This document shows positions 49,705 to 63,010 of a stretch of 64,000 bases of DNA, in pieces. Positions within the stretch are counted from its first letter, which is position 1, and every line of letters starts with the position of its first letter. The notes under the pieces are model-generated. The model was not told the DNA's origin and made no database searches. It worked only from the letters and a program-made list of their open reading frames with translations. The position numbers and the translations under genes were made by a program. Source of the DNA: Squalus acanthias (taxonomy: Eukaryota); the NCBI GenBank assembly GCA_030390025.1, contig CM059432.1:66714001-66778000 (forward strand), written 5' to 3'.

Positions 49705-50500
49705 GTATTTTTTATGTTTGATTGTGCTTTGTCCTTTTCCATAACTATTCTAAACCTGATGATATTATAATCACTATTACCCAAATGTCTCCCATTGAAA
49801 AATGCCCCACTTCATTCCCCAGAACTAGATCCAGCACTGCATCCTTCCTTGTTGGGCTGGAAACACACTGATCAAAAAAGTTCTCTTGTACATATTTCAG
49901 GAATTCCTCCCTCTCTTTGCCATTTACACTGTTACTATCCCAGTCTATATTCGGATAATTGAAGTCCCCCATTATCACTACTCTGTAGTTCTTACATCTT
50001 TCTGTAATTTGCCTGCAAATTTGCTCCTCTATCTCCTTCCCACTATTTGGTGGGCTGTAGTATACTCCTAGTAGTTTAATAGTGCCTCTATTGCTCCTTA
50101 ATTCTAAACAAATGGATTCTGACTTTGACCACTCAACTACACCATCCCTCTCCAGTGTTCAAATATTTGTTCCTTTTTTTCCTTCCCTATCTTTCCCAAA
50201 TACCTTGTAGCCAGGAACATTAAGTTCCCAATTCTCCCATTCTTTGGGCCAGGTCTCTGTTATTGGTATTATATCATAGTCCCATGTGGTAACTTTTACC
50301 TGCAGCTCACCAACCTTTATTACCACGCTACATGCATTCATGTACACGCACTCCAAACCCATCTTAGATGCCTTGCATTTGCCCCCTGTCTGATCGCTTC
50401 TATTTCTGAACTATTCTTTACTCTAATGCTATGTGCCTCTCCCAGTCCTCTGTGCACCCTGTTTCTCCTCTCTAATGTTTCATCCCCCTACCAAATTAGT

Positions 50501-50790
50501 TTAAACCATTGTATTAGTTAACCTTCCCACGATGACATTGGTCCCAGCTCTGTTGAGGTGGAACCCGTCCACCTTGAACAAGTCCCTCCCACCCCAGGAC
50601 TGGTCCCAATGCCCCAGGAATCTGCAGCCCTCCCCTCTTACACCTTTCTCCAGCCACACGTTAACCTGTTTTATCCTACTATTCCTGTACTCACTAGCAT
50701 GTGGCACTGGGAGTAATCCAGAGATTGCTACCTTTGAGGTCCTGCTTTTTAACTTCCTCACTAACTCCTGAAACTCTGACTGCAGCACCT
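50501..50790 (-). pseudogene. CR1 ORF1 SGNH esterase-like domain remnant
   Basis: KVAISGLLP..NVWL..DGFHLNRAG contains the DxxH motif. Confidence 0.85.
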
Positions 50791-51354
50791 CAACCCTTTA
50801 CCTTCCTCTGCCATTGGTTCCCACATGGACCACAACTTCTGGGTGTTCTCCTTCACCTCTCAAAATGTTCTGCACCCTCTCAATGTTCTCAATAAACTGG
50901 TATTAATGGGAATGAGCAACTGGAGGCCAGAGCCCACTCCTGGACAATTCTAAAAAAAGTTTTTCTACTTTCATTACTTTGACTGTAGCCACAGACAGTA
51001 GCTCCTTTCCCATCACACAGTATGCCAATGGTAAGCTAGTGACAACATGTACATTGATAGACTAATCTTAATCTGCAACAGTCCAAATCACTCCTGCTGA
51101 AATAGGCAAGCTAGGGTAAGAGAGGAATAAGCACGAGCAGGCTTCTTCTGACTTTTCTTAAGTTCTATTGCACTAATAGTGAAGATCTATGTTTCAGTCA
51201 GTTTCAAACCATAAAAGGCCATGGTTCATTTGTACACATCATTTCCTGGTCTTGTGTGGTGTTGCACACAGTAGCCTGGTATCTGAAACACAGTTTTGAT
51301 GTTTAGCTGTAAAACTGGCCTGTCCTTTCATGTCACTGCTCTAATTCACGGATG

Positions 51355-51615
51355 CATACAATATTACATCACAGAAGGAGGCTATTCAGCCCATCATGCC
51401 TGTGCCGGCTCTTTCAAAGAGCTATCCAATTAATCTTACTCCCCGCTTCTTTCCCCATAGCCCTGCAAATGTTTCTTTTTCAAGTATATATGCATTTCAC
51501 TTTTGAAAGTCACTAGTGAATGTGCTTCTACCAACCTTTCAGATTCCAGATCATAACAACGCACTGCATAAAATTATTTCTCCTCATACCTCCTCTGGTT
51601 CTTTTGACAATTATT
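51355..51615 (-). mobile_element. CR1 3' end
   Basis: MRRNNFMQCVVMIWN; same 3' UTR as 25179-25312. Confidence 0.8.
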
Positions 51616-52502
51616 AACTCTAGAAAAACATAGGGGTCTAAATTCGATAGTCCCCGAAAATGGGCACGGGGATCGCAATGCGCCTGTTGCTTCTGATGCA
51701 GGCAGAACACAAACTTTGTGCTGCCTGCTAATTTAAATGATTGCAGAGTGCAGCCAGCACTAAATGCGCTGTTGAGTAGCTGCACGCCTCAGCAGAGAGG
51801 CCAGTTTGTGCGAGGCTTACACCACTTAAAACCAGCCTGCGCTACTTAGAGCCAGCCTGCACCTCTTCAGGGGAGATGCATTCTGGCTGGAGTAGGTGCT
51901 TTTAAGTTCCTGTGAAAGACAGTCTGAGCAGGAAGAAGACTGAATTATGGTGCAACAGGGGAGAGAGCATGCTCTAAGGTTCTGTGATGCTGCACTGGAG
52001 GCCCTGGTGGAGGTGGTAGACAGGAGGAGAGCGGTCCTCTATCCACAGGGGGCCAAGAGACAAACTCTGTGAAAGCAGTTGGAGCAGATAGCCATGGTGG
52101 TCAATGCCAGGAGTCAAGCCATGAGGGCCTGGATGCAGTGCCACACGAAGTTCAATGACCTCATACGAATTGTCAAGGCCAGTGAATTAATCTTTATATG
52201 CCATATCCCACCATCTGCTCCGCTAGTTTCACACACTGCTCAATGCACCGCACTCCCAGCACTCACCTACCAACAATCTCTATCAAACAGGACTCATACC
52301 TCGCATTCATAGCTTCACCTCACCCTCACACACTTAGCGTTGCTGCAAGCTTCGCACCCACATCTCAAAGCTTGCACACAATGTCAGCTATTCAATCATG
52401 ACAGGCACATCACCCAAACACCTTGCACCACAGCCATTGAAACACTTCCCTCCCTCTTGCAGGACAAGTTGGCGAATAACCAATGGTAGCAGAAGCTAAC
52501 CG

Positions 52503-53585
52503 TGAAAGGATATTTACTTGTCCTAGCCCCTTTGGGGCTATCCCGGCTCAGGCGTATTTCTCAGATGTTCACTTTCAACTAAAGTTTAAGGTAGCCGAAT
52601 CCTAAAGACGCTTAACTGGGTCTAAAGGTCTGGGCTATCTCTCCCTAAAGGAAAGGAACAACCCGAGAATGTTACCTCCCTCCAGATAGCGCTTTTAATA
52701 AGTTTAGCAACACTGTAATGTCCCGGATATTATGAAGGTCCAGAGATCTCCTTTAGAAATGTAACTCTTCACCAAAGAGTGTACAGAGATTGAGTTCGCG
52801 AGTTATTGATACAGAAGACTTATGTGAGACAATTCTAAAAATATATAGAGATTTATTAAAAGAACCGACATGCAATTTACGGTTGGTGACTCAGTCAATC
52901 GCAACGTTAACAGTTCTAAAAAGAGAAAAAATCCGATCTTATTTTTAACAGCGAATCTTACTTTTAAATCTTAACTTCGCTACAGTATTACGGTTCTTAA
53001 AGTTTTCTATACAGAATATCCATCAATATCAAAATACCTTTGATCCCCGAGGTACAACGAGTAGAAGACCACAGAGCCACCTCTGTAGTCGAGAATCGCC
53101 TTGCCCGATTAAAGCGACTCTGCTATCTCATTTGAGACTTCAATATTTATACCCTTTTTCAGTTGTATTTCCTTTAGGGTTTCTGCTGATGCAAGTTAAT
53201 TATCACTATTCATCTTTCTGCTGACCTCTGCAATTCTTTACTGCCACATCAGCTTGTAATATTCCAGAATCTGCCACATCTCCAGGTGTTCTGGGTTCAC
53301 CATATAAAAAGGTGTGAAAGGCAGGTGTCTCTTATTTTATGTGTCATCTTTACGAGGGCAGAAGTTCTTTATCTTATGTGCCATCTTTACGAAGTTTAAT
53401 TTATATCACTTATCCAGGGTTGACCATTGTGTTGTTCCCAAAAGGTCAGCTACTCGGAGCCATCCCATTCTTCTGTTTCAATAAAGTTATTTATTCAGGG
53501 TCAACAACTTGTCCTGTTTCAACAAGGCCAGAATTCTTTCATAAGATAGTGTATTTTTCTAAAAAGGCTATAGTATATTCCTTCA
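52503..53585 (-). mobile_element. Solo LTR (~1.08 kb)
   Basis: TGAA..TTCA termini, flanks TAACCG and CAACCG; minus-strand TATAAAT near 53149 and AATAAA near 52855; splits Myb exon 2 (..QKLT|GGGKARPH..). Confidence 0.78.
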
Positions 53586-54898
53586 CAACCGGCGGGGGAA
53601 AAGCAAGGCCGCATGACCTTACCCCGATGGAGGAGACGGAGGGCATGATCATTGGAGCGGCCATCGCTGAAGCCATGGCCAGCAGTGGAGCTGAAACTAT
53701 CAAAGATGATGGTATCCTCACCCGTAATCCTCCTTCTCACATTCACTTACCCCATATCCCACAATGTCTTTTGATCTAAAAACTGCGATGGTGTAAGAGT
53801 ACACCTTTAACTTTCACCCGTCCCCGCACGCAACCTTACCGTTGTGCCTTTCTCCTTTCAGATACCCAAGAACTGCAACCTGGCCAGACATTGGTGGAAC
53901 AGCAACAGGTGGAAGAGGAAGATGGCACTGATGATGAAAACACAGCACCGTCACTCAATTTCACACTCGCAGCCACCAGCTCAGATACTGACACTCTGCC
54001 TAATTTAGAGGATAGCTTAGAAGCAGGATCTGCATGTGGTGAGACACGGGGCACGAGTGGCCTGCAGCCAGGGTAGGGGGCAAGGGTATCACAGGTGCCA
54101 GCTCCCCAGAGGGTGATGTTGCTCACGAGTTTGCTGCAGAGGACTCAGATGTGCACTTCAAAGGGACAGGCTACAGAAGAAGGCTGATGGGTGTGCAAAA
54201 TAAAATGCTTGGTGCATTGGGACCCTGCCAGAAAGCCTGCATGCAATGTTGAGGAGCATGGAGGAGTCCGGCAGCAACTTGGCACAGGGCCTTGCACAGA
54301 GCTTGGGGCCCAAACTTTCCCACATGGAAATAGTGGTTAACGCCATTCGCCTACTTGTGGACCCAACCAAGATGCAGCGTCTGATGGCCGATGTCTCAGC
54401 TTCCATTGCAGCACAAGCAGAAGCCACCCAACATCTGGGTGCTGCAGTGGAAGCTCAGGCTTCTGTCATGCAAGTTCAGCTTGCTGCCAATCAAGCTCAG
54501 ACTGCTGCCATCATGGCTGCAGATACCAGTGTTCAAAGGGGCTTGCAGGGTGTCATAGCAGTCCAGCAACCTGTCCTCCAACAGATTACTAGGATTGCTG
54601 AGGCACTACCCCGCAGGATTGGCAGAGGCTCTCAGGAGCACGAATCTGTTTCCTCTCTATGGAAGACAGCATTCGTACACCCACCACTGCCACTCTGCCA
54701 TTGCCATTGCTGTTGCCTGTCAGCCAGCCAGCCCAGACTGTTGCTGCCCATGCTGAGATGGTACTGTCCACAGCCGGACCTTCTAGGCCCAGAGCTGCTT
54801 GAGTTTGTTCTCCAAGGCCATCTGCAATCTCCTCAACTGAAAGTCAGCAGCCTTCCACCAGCCATGCAGCCACTGAGGTAGCACTGCGTAGGAGCATT

Positions 54899-55218
54899 AG
54901 GACAACACGGTGGCATAGTGGTTAGCACTGTTGCCTCACAGCGCCAGGGACCCGGGTTCGAATCCAGCCCAGGGTGACTGTCTGTGTGGAGTTTGCACAT
55001 TCTCCCCGTGTCTGCGTGGGTTTCCTCCGGGTGCTCCGGTTTCCTCCCACAGTCCAAAGATGTGCGGGTTAGGTTGATTTGGCTATGATAAATTGACCCT
55101 TAGTGTTAGGGGGGATTAAATATGTGGGGTTACGGGGATAGGGTGGGATATGTGTCGGTGCAGGCTCAATGGGCCGAAATGGCCTCTATCTGCACTGTGG
55201 GGATTCTGTGATCCTGTG
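54899..55218 (+). mobile_element. tRNA-derived V-SINE (HE1-like) with CR1-type tail
   Basis: A box TGGCATAGTGG, B box GGTTCGAATCC, V-domain GTGTGGAGTTTGCACATTCTCCCCGTG..TTTCCTCCCACAGTCCAAAGA. Confidence 0.9.
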
Positions 55219-58192
55219 ACAGGCGAAGACAAGCACTAAGTGAATACACAAGGGTGATTAGTTGACTTTTGTATGCAGTATAGCATGATTTTATTTATAA
55301 ATTTGGTTTGCAATGTTTATTTTGTGTTGGCTTTTATTTTTGCATTGTGGTCAAGTGGACGTGGTGTTGGTCAGTGCCAGAGGGAAGGTAAGGTGCAGGA
55401 CTGTTGGAGAATGGGGAATTTCGGTTACGTTTACTGGTATCACAGTCGGATGAGTCGGTCACGAACAGCCCGGGCAGAAAGGGTCTGCCTATGTTGCCTC
55501 CTCCCTTTCTTTTCCTCCTCTTCCTCCTACTCTTCAGCTGGCGCTGTATAGCTGGTGGCGAGGGCTGTGTCCTCATGATGACAAGGTTGTGCAGCATGCA
55601 GCAGACCACCACGAATCTGGACACCCACTCTGCCAAGTACTGCAGGGCGCCTCCAGAGCAGTCCAGGCAGTGGAAGCGTTGCTTCAGCATGTCAATGTTC
55701 TGATCGATGATACTTTGTGTGGTAGCACGGCTTTTATTATATGCAAGTTGCCCACATGTGAGTGGGTTGCGCACCTGTGTCCTGAGCCATGTTATTAACA
55801 AATAGCCCTGATCACCCAGTAGCCACCCTCTGGTTTGTCATGGTGGCTCAAATGCAGATGGCATAGCGGACTACCACAGAATAAAGACATCATGACTGCT
55901 GTCAAGATACTGGGCATTCACCTGCATGATTTGGTGAGTATGGTCACACATCACTGGATGTTGAGCGAGTGGAATCCCTTTCGGTTGTGGTACATGCAGC
56001 TCCCACAAAGCTACAGGCGTGCAGTCAATGGGGACCCTGCACCATGGGGAAGCCTGCAATCCTGGCAAAGCCACGTGCTCACTCCGCCTGCTGCTCTCTG
56101 GCCAAAGAGAAGGAAATGTATTCAAATGTATTGGAATACAGAGCCTCAGTTACCTCCCTTATGCAACAGTGGATGGCAAACTGGGAGATGTTGCAAATAT
56201 CTCCTGCTCCAGCCTAGAAGGAGCCCGACGCTTGAAAGTTCATGGCCAAAGCCACTGGCAATGTGGTCCTCGTCCTGCACTGAGGTTGCAGTTGTGGCTG
56301 CAGCAGGTGGCAGATTTCAGTGAGGACGCCCTTAGTGAAGGTAGACGTCTGACACACTGTTCCTCGCTGAGGTTGCGCTGGAGTATTGCTACCTGAACAC
56401 TCTGGCGATATGGCTTCCTGCTGAGAGCCCTTCTCCCCCTCCTCCTCCTCCCTCTTCCAACAGCTTGCCATGCTCTGTGTTGCCTCTGCCCATTCTCCCT
56501 GTCATGCTGCAGGCCAAGTGGAATGCATACTACTGCACCCATGTCCAAGAGCAAGTGGTCTGTGCAGAATCCTTGAAGTCAGGACAAAGTCCATCAGCAC
56601 CTGCTGCACCACTGTAGACTTTAGCTACTTTAATGAGCTCCAGAAACCACCAATCCCTTCTACAAATGCAGCAACAGCCAATAGAAATCAATCAGCAACT
56701 AACCTCTAATAGGTGATGATCCCTTTAAATTGCGCTGATGGGGGGTCCTTCCTGCTGCTAAACGCATGTTCAGATGTGCGAGCTAAAGACAAGGCGTTAG
56801 CTGGAGCATTGAGCTCCAAAATGGCAGCGCTGGCAACAAATCAGCGTTGCACACGGATGTCGTCACAATCTCCCTACTCTGCATACTTTCGGCGGACGTT
56901 CCCTGCACACGCGTTAACACCCTACCCAAGGTGGAGTCTGGCGCGGTCCACACCAGAAATGTGCACATGCACCATGGACACCATTTTAGAACCTAAGCGG
57001 CACTCGTGGCCCCCAAACAATTGGCACCACAGAGCCGAATCTTGCTGCCATAGACTTTGGGGCCGGCCTGATTGAAATCTTTAAAATAATGAAGAGACCA
57101 GACTGTGTCCATGAGCACAGATTATTTGAATTAGATAATTTAGGGAGAATGCAGGGACATGTATAAGTTACACAAGCATAGAACTAGATTAGTTTTCCTT
57201 TTTGCAGAGGCTCATTGACCTTATCCTCTTCGTCCAATGAGTGCTGATTGGCTGCAAACATTCAAAAGGGATCTAGATGAGTGCTTGGAAGGAGACGGAT
57301 TACAAAATAGTCGATTGGCTACTGCCCATTTTGTGCTCCCGCCCAAGATGACTTATCAATCTTAAGAGACAAACTGGTATAGTGAAGATAGGTTCTTACT
57401 TAAATAAAAAATAGGGGCCAATCTTCCTCTTTCACATTGTCCAGAAGCAGCTCGCTCCACTTTGCCAAAATCTTCAGTGCCTGAACTTTCTCTGGGACCT
57501 CATTATAATGAAGCAGACCCACACCAAGAGTGCTCTTCAGCGAGTTCTTGCATGCATTGCCAGGCAGCAGAGAAAGTCTAGGTACTGCCTCGACCTTAAG
57601 GGCAGCATCATTAAAGGGACAGGTATAGCTAAAGCCCCATGGGAGATCCAGAATTAATTTTATTTTTTCCAGGTAAGGGGGCAAGATTTCTATCTAGACA
57701 CCTTCTGATGAAGCGTGTTAAGATTTTAAATGAATGTGTGTGAGACAGAAGCATCTTGCATATTGTTTGCTTAAAGGTTGCTCCACCCGTTGTATGGCAT
57801 CACAGTGTCGTCCTATTTCCAACTCCCTCCAGGGCATACTGCAGGAGCACCCAGACTACTGCTTGGGTTGCTGCAGCCATCCCAGCCATGGCACAGCAGC
57901 ATGAAGATATATACAGGGGTTGTCCTTTTTCATTAAAGAAGAACACAGCAATGAAAATCAGAATATTTGGTGACTATAATTAATTTTAACATTCATCAAT
58001 AAACATCTGAAGCTGCCATTTTTAGTATTTGATGACGATGGACCAAGAAATTCCATAACATTTATTTTTCTTTTATGGGGCTGCAACTGTGCTGCCCCCT
58101 TAAGATAAAGGCTGCCTTTCAGGCTCAGGAACCTCAGAGCTGAATACTAACTTGAATGTTAATGTTTCTGACACAGTCAGGACTGACACAGA

Positions 58193-61100
58193 GGCCAGAA
58201 TCTTTACCTGAGTGTCGGGGCGGGTGCGCGTGGGCCATGTAGCGGGTCGTTCTCCTGAAGTTTTTAACAGCGCTTTCTGCACTGCGCGTTTAACTCAATT
58301 ACATCAATTGAAACAGTCATGCGGGTTTCCCGGCCAATTAAATGGAGCGGGTCTGATGACGTCACCAATTACTTGTTTTCAGCTCGGATAGTTAAAGCAG
58401 CCTTGCCCACATCCCAGTTGAAGGTTGTTGGAGGAAACATAAAGGTGGTTGGGAGAGGTGGAAATTGCTCGATATCACAGGGATTTGTGCGGGTCATGGA
58501 GTCACACCGACAGAAGGCTGTGCCCAGATTCACTGATGCCTCCCTGGAAGTCCTGATCCAGGGAGTCAGAGCACACAGGGACGTCCTGTTCCCTGGGGAT
58601 CGGCGCAGAAGAACAGCCAGAGACACTAAGAGGGCATGGCTGGAGATCGCGGAGGAGGTCAGCAGCAGGGATGTAGTAAGGCGGTCTTGGATCCAGTGCC
58701 GGAAAAGCTTTAATGATCTCATGAGGTCAGGAAAGGTGAGTGCAATGCCACATTCAACTACATACTAATGTGCATGTCACCCCAACCCCATCACTCTGCC
58801 TTCCCAAGCCTACTCCTGCACGTCACTCCTCACGCCAGCCTACTTGCAGGTGCATCCATCCCTCTCTGTCTATGCACCTACTCACATCCCCAACTGACTA
58901 ACCACCACTGACACTCACCCTCAGCTTAATGCAATCATAGGAAGTAACACCACAGAAGGAGGCCATTTGGCAATGTCACGCCACTCCCTCATAGTCACCC
59001 TCTACAGATGTAACCCATCCATCCCATACACTCATTTCATCACTCTCACTCAAAGTTCTCTTCTTTCCCTCCTTGCAGGAGAAGAGAGCCCAAAACAACA
59101 GGGAGAGGCAATGAACCAGAGGTGGCCCTCCAATGCTCACCAAGTTGACTCCAGTAGAGGAGGAGGCACTTGAAATCATTGGAGTTGCAGAGCTGTTGGC
59201 AGTGGGAGATGGAGAGAGGGGGGCCTCCCAGCAACCTGGTGACAGAATTAAATATCATACAGCCACATGGCATACAACAGTCACTCATGGTGACTTGATG
59301 TCAGCAGTCAGTGAAATGTCATCATGTGCATAATGGTAACGTTACACATTCTTATCATAAGACTTCTAATTCATCTCCACAGCACCATCAAGTGCCCCCA
59401 GCCCCCCACCCACTGCCCAACCAGAGGAGGAAGACGACTCCTCAGAGGAAGACGACTCCTCAGAGGAAGCTCCATTGTCACCAGACCCATGCGCACCCAG
59501 CACCAGCGCAGATACGCACACCTCGGTGGGTCCTGCGGGACGTACAGTAGTGTTGTCACTTGCTGTCTTACAGATCACTAGTGAGCAAGAGTAGATGGTG
59601 GAGACAGAGACAGCAGTGAAGACTCCTCGCCGGAGGGCGCAGGACGCTCCCAGCTCTGCTCAGCTGCATGCAGATGCTGAACCTCAGGGGCCATTGAGAA
59701 ACAGGGTGATCTTGGAGGAGTAGCAACAAATGCGCGAAGCTCTGGCAGCTTTTGCAGCCGCGATGTGTGCGACTGTACAGAGAATGGAGGAGTCCATCTC
59801 TAACATGAGCACCACTACCTCGCAGGCGATAGCGACGATGTGCTGTTCCATGGAAAGGATGGCCATCTGCATGGAGCAGTAAATGCACCAGTTGAACGAG
59901 AACATCAGTCACTCATTGACGTCATCTCGAGGAGGGATACCAACGTAGACTTGGATGTTCAACATCCCACTGATGTGCTGCAAGATGCTCTCCAGCTCCT
60001 TGCTAGCAGGGAAGTGCGGGTGGCCCATGAGAAGGATGATGTTGAGAGGGGACATGGAAGTGGGGGCTCTGCTCAAAGTGCTCCCACTTCTCCCCTGTTG
60101 CCTCCCCCTCAGTCAGAGCCCCAAATGCTGCCTTGGATCCCAATAGCCGAGTCTGCCCCTACACAGTTGCAGGAGGAGCAGTCTTTGGCGGGGCCCTCAT
60201 AGGCTCCAAAACCCAGAGGACGACTGCCAAAAGTGTCAAAGCAGTCGCAGCAGGGAAGTGAGCAGCCTGCCTTTACCTCTGCTGAAGCCACAGGGGTTGC
60301 ACCTCGTAGAAACACGTGGAAACGAAAAAAGACACAATCGTTGATGTACAAGGGTATGCACACGGGTGTTTGCCAAAATGTTAATATTAAGTTTCAGTTC
60401 TATTTATGATGTGCATAAATTTATTTCTTTGCACCACATTTCCGTCTTGTCCATTTTTGCCTGCTACCTGGGAAGTGGCTTTGTCACTTGGAGTGAATGG
60501 TGAGACATTACTTAACCTCGAGCCATGGGGGTTTGGGTGACAGGAATGGCTTGGTCATTGTAGGGCTGCTTTGTGGTGTTGTTGGGGGGGTGGGGGGTGG
60601 GGTGGGTGGTGGAGAACTTAGTACAGTATGTGGCAGCCATATGGGTGCACTGGAACAAGTTAAAATAAATCTGGCCATCATCAGGCCATCCCAGGCCTCC
60701 CGGGCAGCAATGTGCACCACTGCTGGTGCCATCTCCACCTCAGATTCCTCCTTGTAGGACTACTTTGTAGTGCTGTTGCGGGGGAGTGGGGGGGGGGAGT
60801 TGGTACAGCATCTGGGAGCCATATGGGTGCACTGGTGCAAGTTAAGTAAATCGGGCCATTATGAGGCCATCGTGGGCCTCCCGGGCAGCAATGTGCTGGT
60901 GCCATCTCCACCTCAGGTTCCTCCTCCTACTCCTCCTCCTCGTGTTCCACCTGTTCCTCCTCCTCCTCATGTTCAACCTGTTCCTCCTCCTTTCCTCCTC
61001 CTTCTCCTCCTCCTCCTCCGAAGAGGCTGTGCGCTCTGCGCCTTGCTCCTCCTGCAGTTCCAATCCTCGCTGCTGTGCTATGTTGTGTAGCGCGCAGCAT

Positions 61101-62423
61101 ACAACGATGATTCTGGAGACCCTGGCTGGTACATACTGAAGATCTGTCAAGAAGCGCATTTTCAGTATGCCTATTATCTGCTCTGTGACACATCTGGTGG
61201 ACATGTGACTGTCATTATAGCGCTCCTCGGTCTCATTGCTTGGCCTCCTCAATGGTGTCATCAATCACGTCTTCAGTGGATAGCCCTTGTCTCCAAGTAG
61301 CTAGCCGGTAAGTCTGTTTGGAGGTGCGAACAGCTGAGGGAGGGTGGACTGGCGCAGCATGAAAGAGTCATGACAGCTCCCTGGGAATCTGGCACACACA
61401 TGCATGATGAGCTTTTTATGGTTGCAGACAAGCTGCACATTGAGGGAGTGGACGTCCTTGCAGTTCACAAACATTCCTGGGTGATGTGGTGGTGCCTTGA
61501 CGGCCATGTGTGCAGTCGATGACGCCCTGAACCTGTGAGAAGCCAGCCTGAGCCGCAAAGCCAAGTGCCCGCTCAGTAACACTGGCTTCATCAGTGGCAA
61601 AAGTTTACATAATTGGCTGATTTTTGAAGCATGGCACCAGTCACCTGGGTGGTGCATCTGTGGGTGGCCGACTGCGAGATCCTTGCAGATCCCTGTGCTG
61701 ATCCCCTCTCTCTTTGGAGCAGCAGGTCGATGAGATTAAGGCTGTTGGTGTAGTTGCTGCTGCTGCTGGTGTTGTGGCGGCTGCTGCTGGTGTTTTGGCT
61801 GCTGGCATTGTTGGTGCTGGGGCTCACCTTGGTCTGATGCTGAGATCCAAGGTAAGACAGCATAAGTGGCACCCATGCTGATGTAATAGATGGCAGGTAA
61901 AGTGGAGATCAGAGGCCCAATCCCTCAATGTTCTGATAGTGACTAGCAATGTGGTGAGAGTGGCTTCCGAGGTTGTGGAAATGACCTGCAAACTCCTGAC
62001 AGCTAAATCTCTGCACAAAATGGAGTCAGCAAGAGCCTTTCCATTAGGCAAGGAAGCTGGTGTAATGTGGAGTATTTATGTGTTTTTCCAGCTGTTACTT
62101 AATGGACTCGCACAATGGCCACTGAGCTTCCGCCTCCCCTTCACAGGCGAGGTTCCCGAGGTACATGAATCCCGTGCGCAACCAGTCAAAGACCAAACCT
62201 GACATTAAAAAGGCAATTAAGGGTCTGTAAACGAGCAGTTAAGTACCTCAATGAGGTCGCCCGCCTCTCCCGAGCGGGTCCGTGGCACGCCTCAAAATGT
62301 GCCCGAGTTAAAGGCGGAAGTCGACAGTATGACGATGGGTTCCCGACGGGCTGTCAATTTTTTCACTTTTAACCACTGACCCGCCCCCAATCCCGCACGC
62401 TCGCCAATGTGAAAATTACAGCC
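58193..62423 (-). mobile_element. Degenerate full-length Harbinger element F (same family as E)
   Basis: Ends GGCCAGAATCTT and AAAATTACAGCC; Myb exon 1 still open (MESHRQKAVPRFTD..QCRKSFNDL) with stops in the last exon; transposase fragments at 60842-61872; TSD imperfect (AGA/AGT). Confidence 0.87.
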
Positions 62424-62449
62424 AGTAAGTTTTACTTGGTTGCATGCGG

Positions 62450-63010
62450 GAGTTTGGTGATACAGCAGCCTTCTTACAGTGCAGCTGAAGGTCATACAAC
62501 TGTTGGATTGAGGATGGGTGCTTCACAATGTCCAAATTGAGGATGGACAACAGGCAAGGTGGTGCCGGTAGGTCCTTCGTTAAGGTTGGGTGAGAGGACA
62601 TAGGACTGACCTTCCCCATTCTGGTCAGGTAATTAAATCTCTTCTTTGGCACTAGATGGCTACTCTGAGGCAATGTTCCCTTTAAGCTGCGTGGCCGCAA
62701 GCACTCCAGGGGTCCCGCGCAGCCGGTGAGCCAGCTTTTAAATTGAAAAAAATACGCGCATGAACGAAATTTTGTATGGGCTGCGGAGCCTGTTAAAGGG
62801 GCTGCGTGGCCCAAAAGTAATTACAGGGAACATTGCTCTTAGATTGGAGGTGGCACTTATGGCCTGTGCAACCTGCCTCCACTGCATTCGCACCATGGCA
62901 TGAGATCTTCTCCAGGGTGCCAAACAAGCCTGCCTGCTTAGCTCTTATTTTCTACAAGAGTACTTCCATCTCAGCATCAGAGAAGTAAGTTGGAAGCTGT
63001 TCTCCCTGGA
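62450..63010 (-). pseudogene. Old Harbinger Myb exon 1 remnant
   Basis: QWRQVAQAISATS|..KKRFNYLTRMGK|GTCAGT, split by a MITE. Confidence 0.65.
62671..62835. mobile_element. hAT-type MITE (165 bp)
   Basis: 11-bp TIR CAATGTTCCCT/AGGGAACATTG; 8-bp flanks CTCTGAGG and CTCTTAGA (6/8 match). Confidence 0.8.

Larger units (their letters stand above)
43420..50880 (-). mobile_element. CR1 LINE (ORF1 esterase to mid-RT), interrupted by Harbinger copy 2, a second LINE tail and a Penelope fragment
   Basis: ORFs 50501-50788, 50159-50362 (ITETW), 49745-49978 (MGDFNYP), 48710-49015, 47850-48293 and 43405-43656; GKLLETIIREK is restored when 43678-47845 is removed. Confidence 0.92.
51633..57049 (-). mobile_element. 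Degenerate full-length Harbinger element H (Myb pseudogene on +, transposase pseudogene ~56542-55440 on -)
   Basis: ATA duplication at 51630-51632 and 57050-57052; ends GGGGTCTAAATTCG and CGAATCTTGCTGCC (9/14 match); ORF 55334-55801 has LKQRFHCLDCSGGALQY. Confidence 0.87.
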
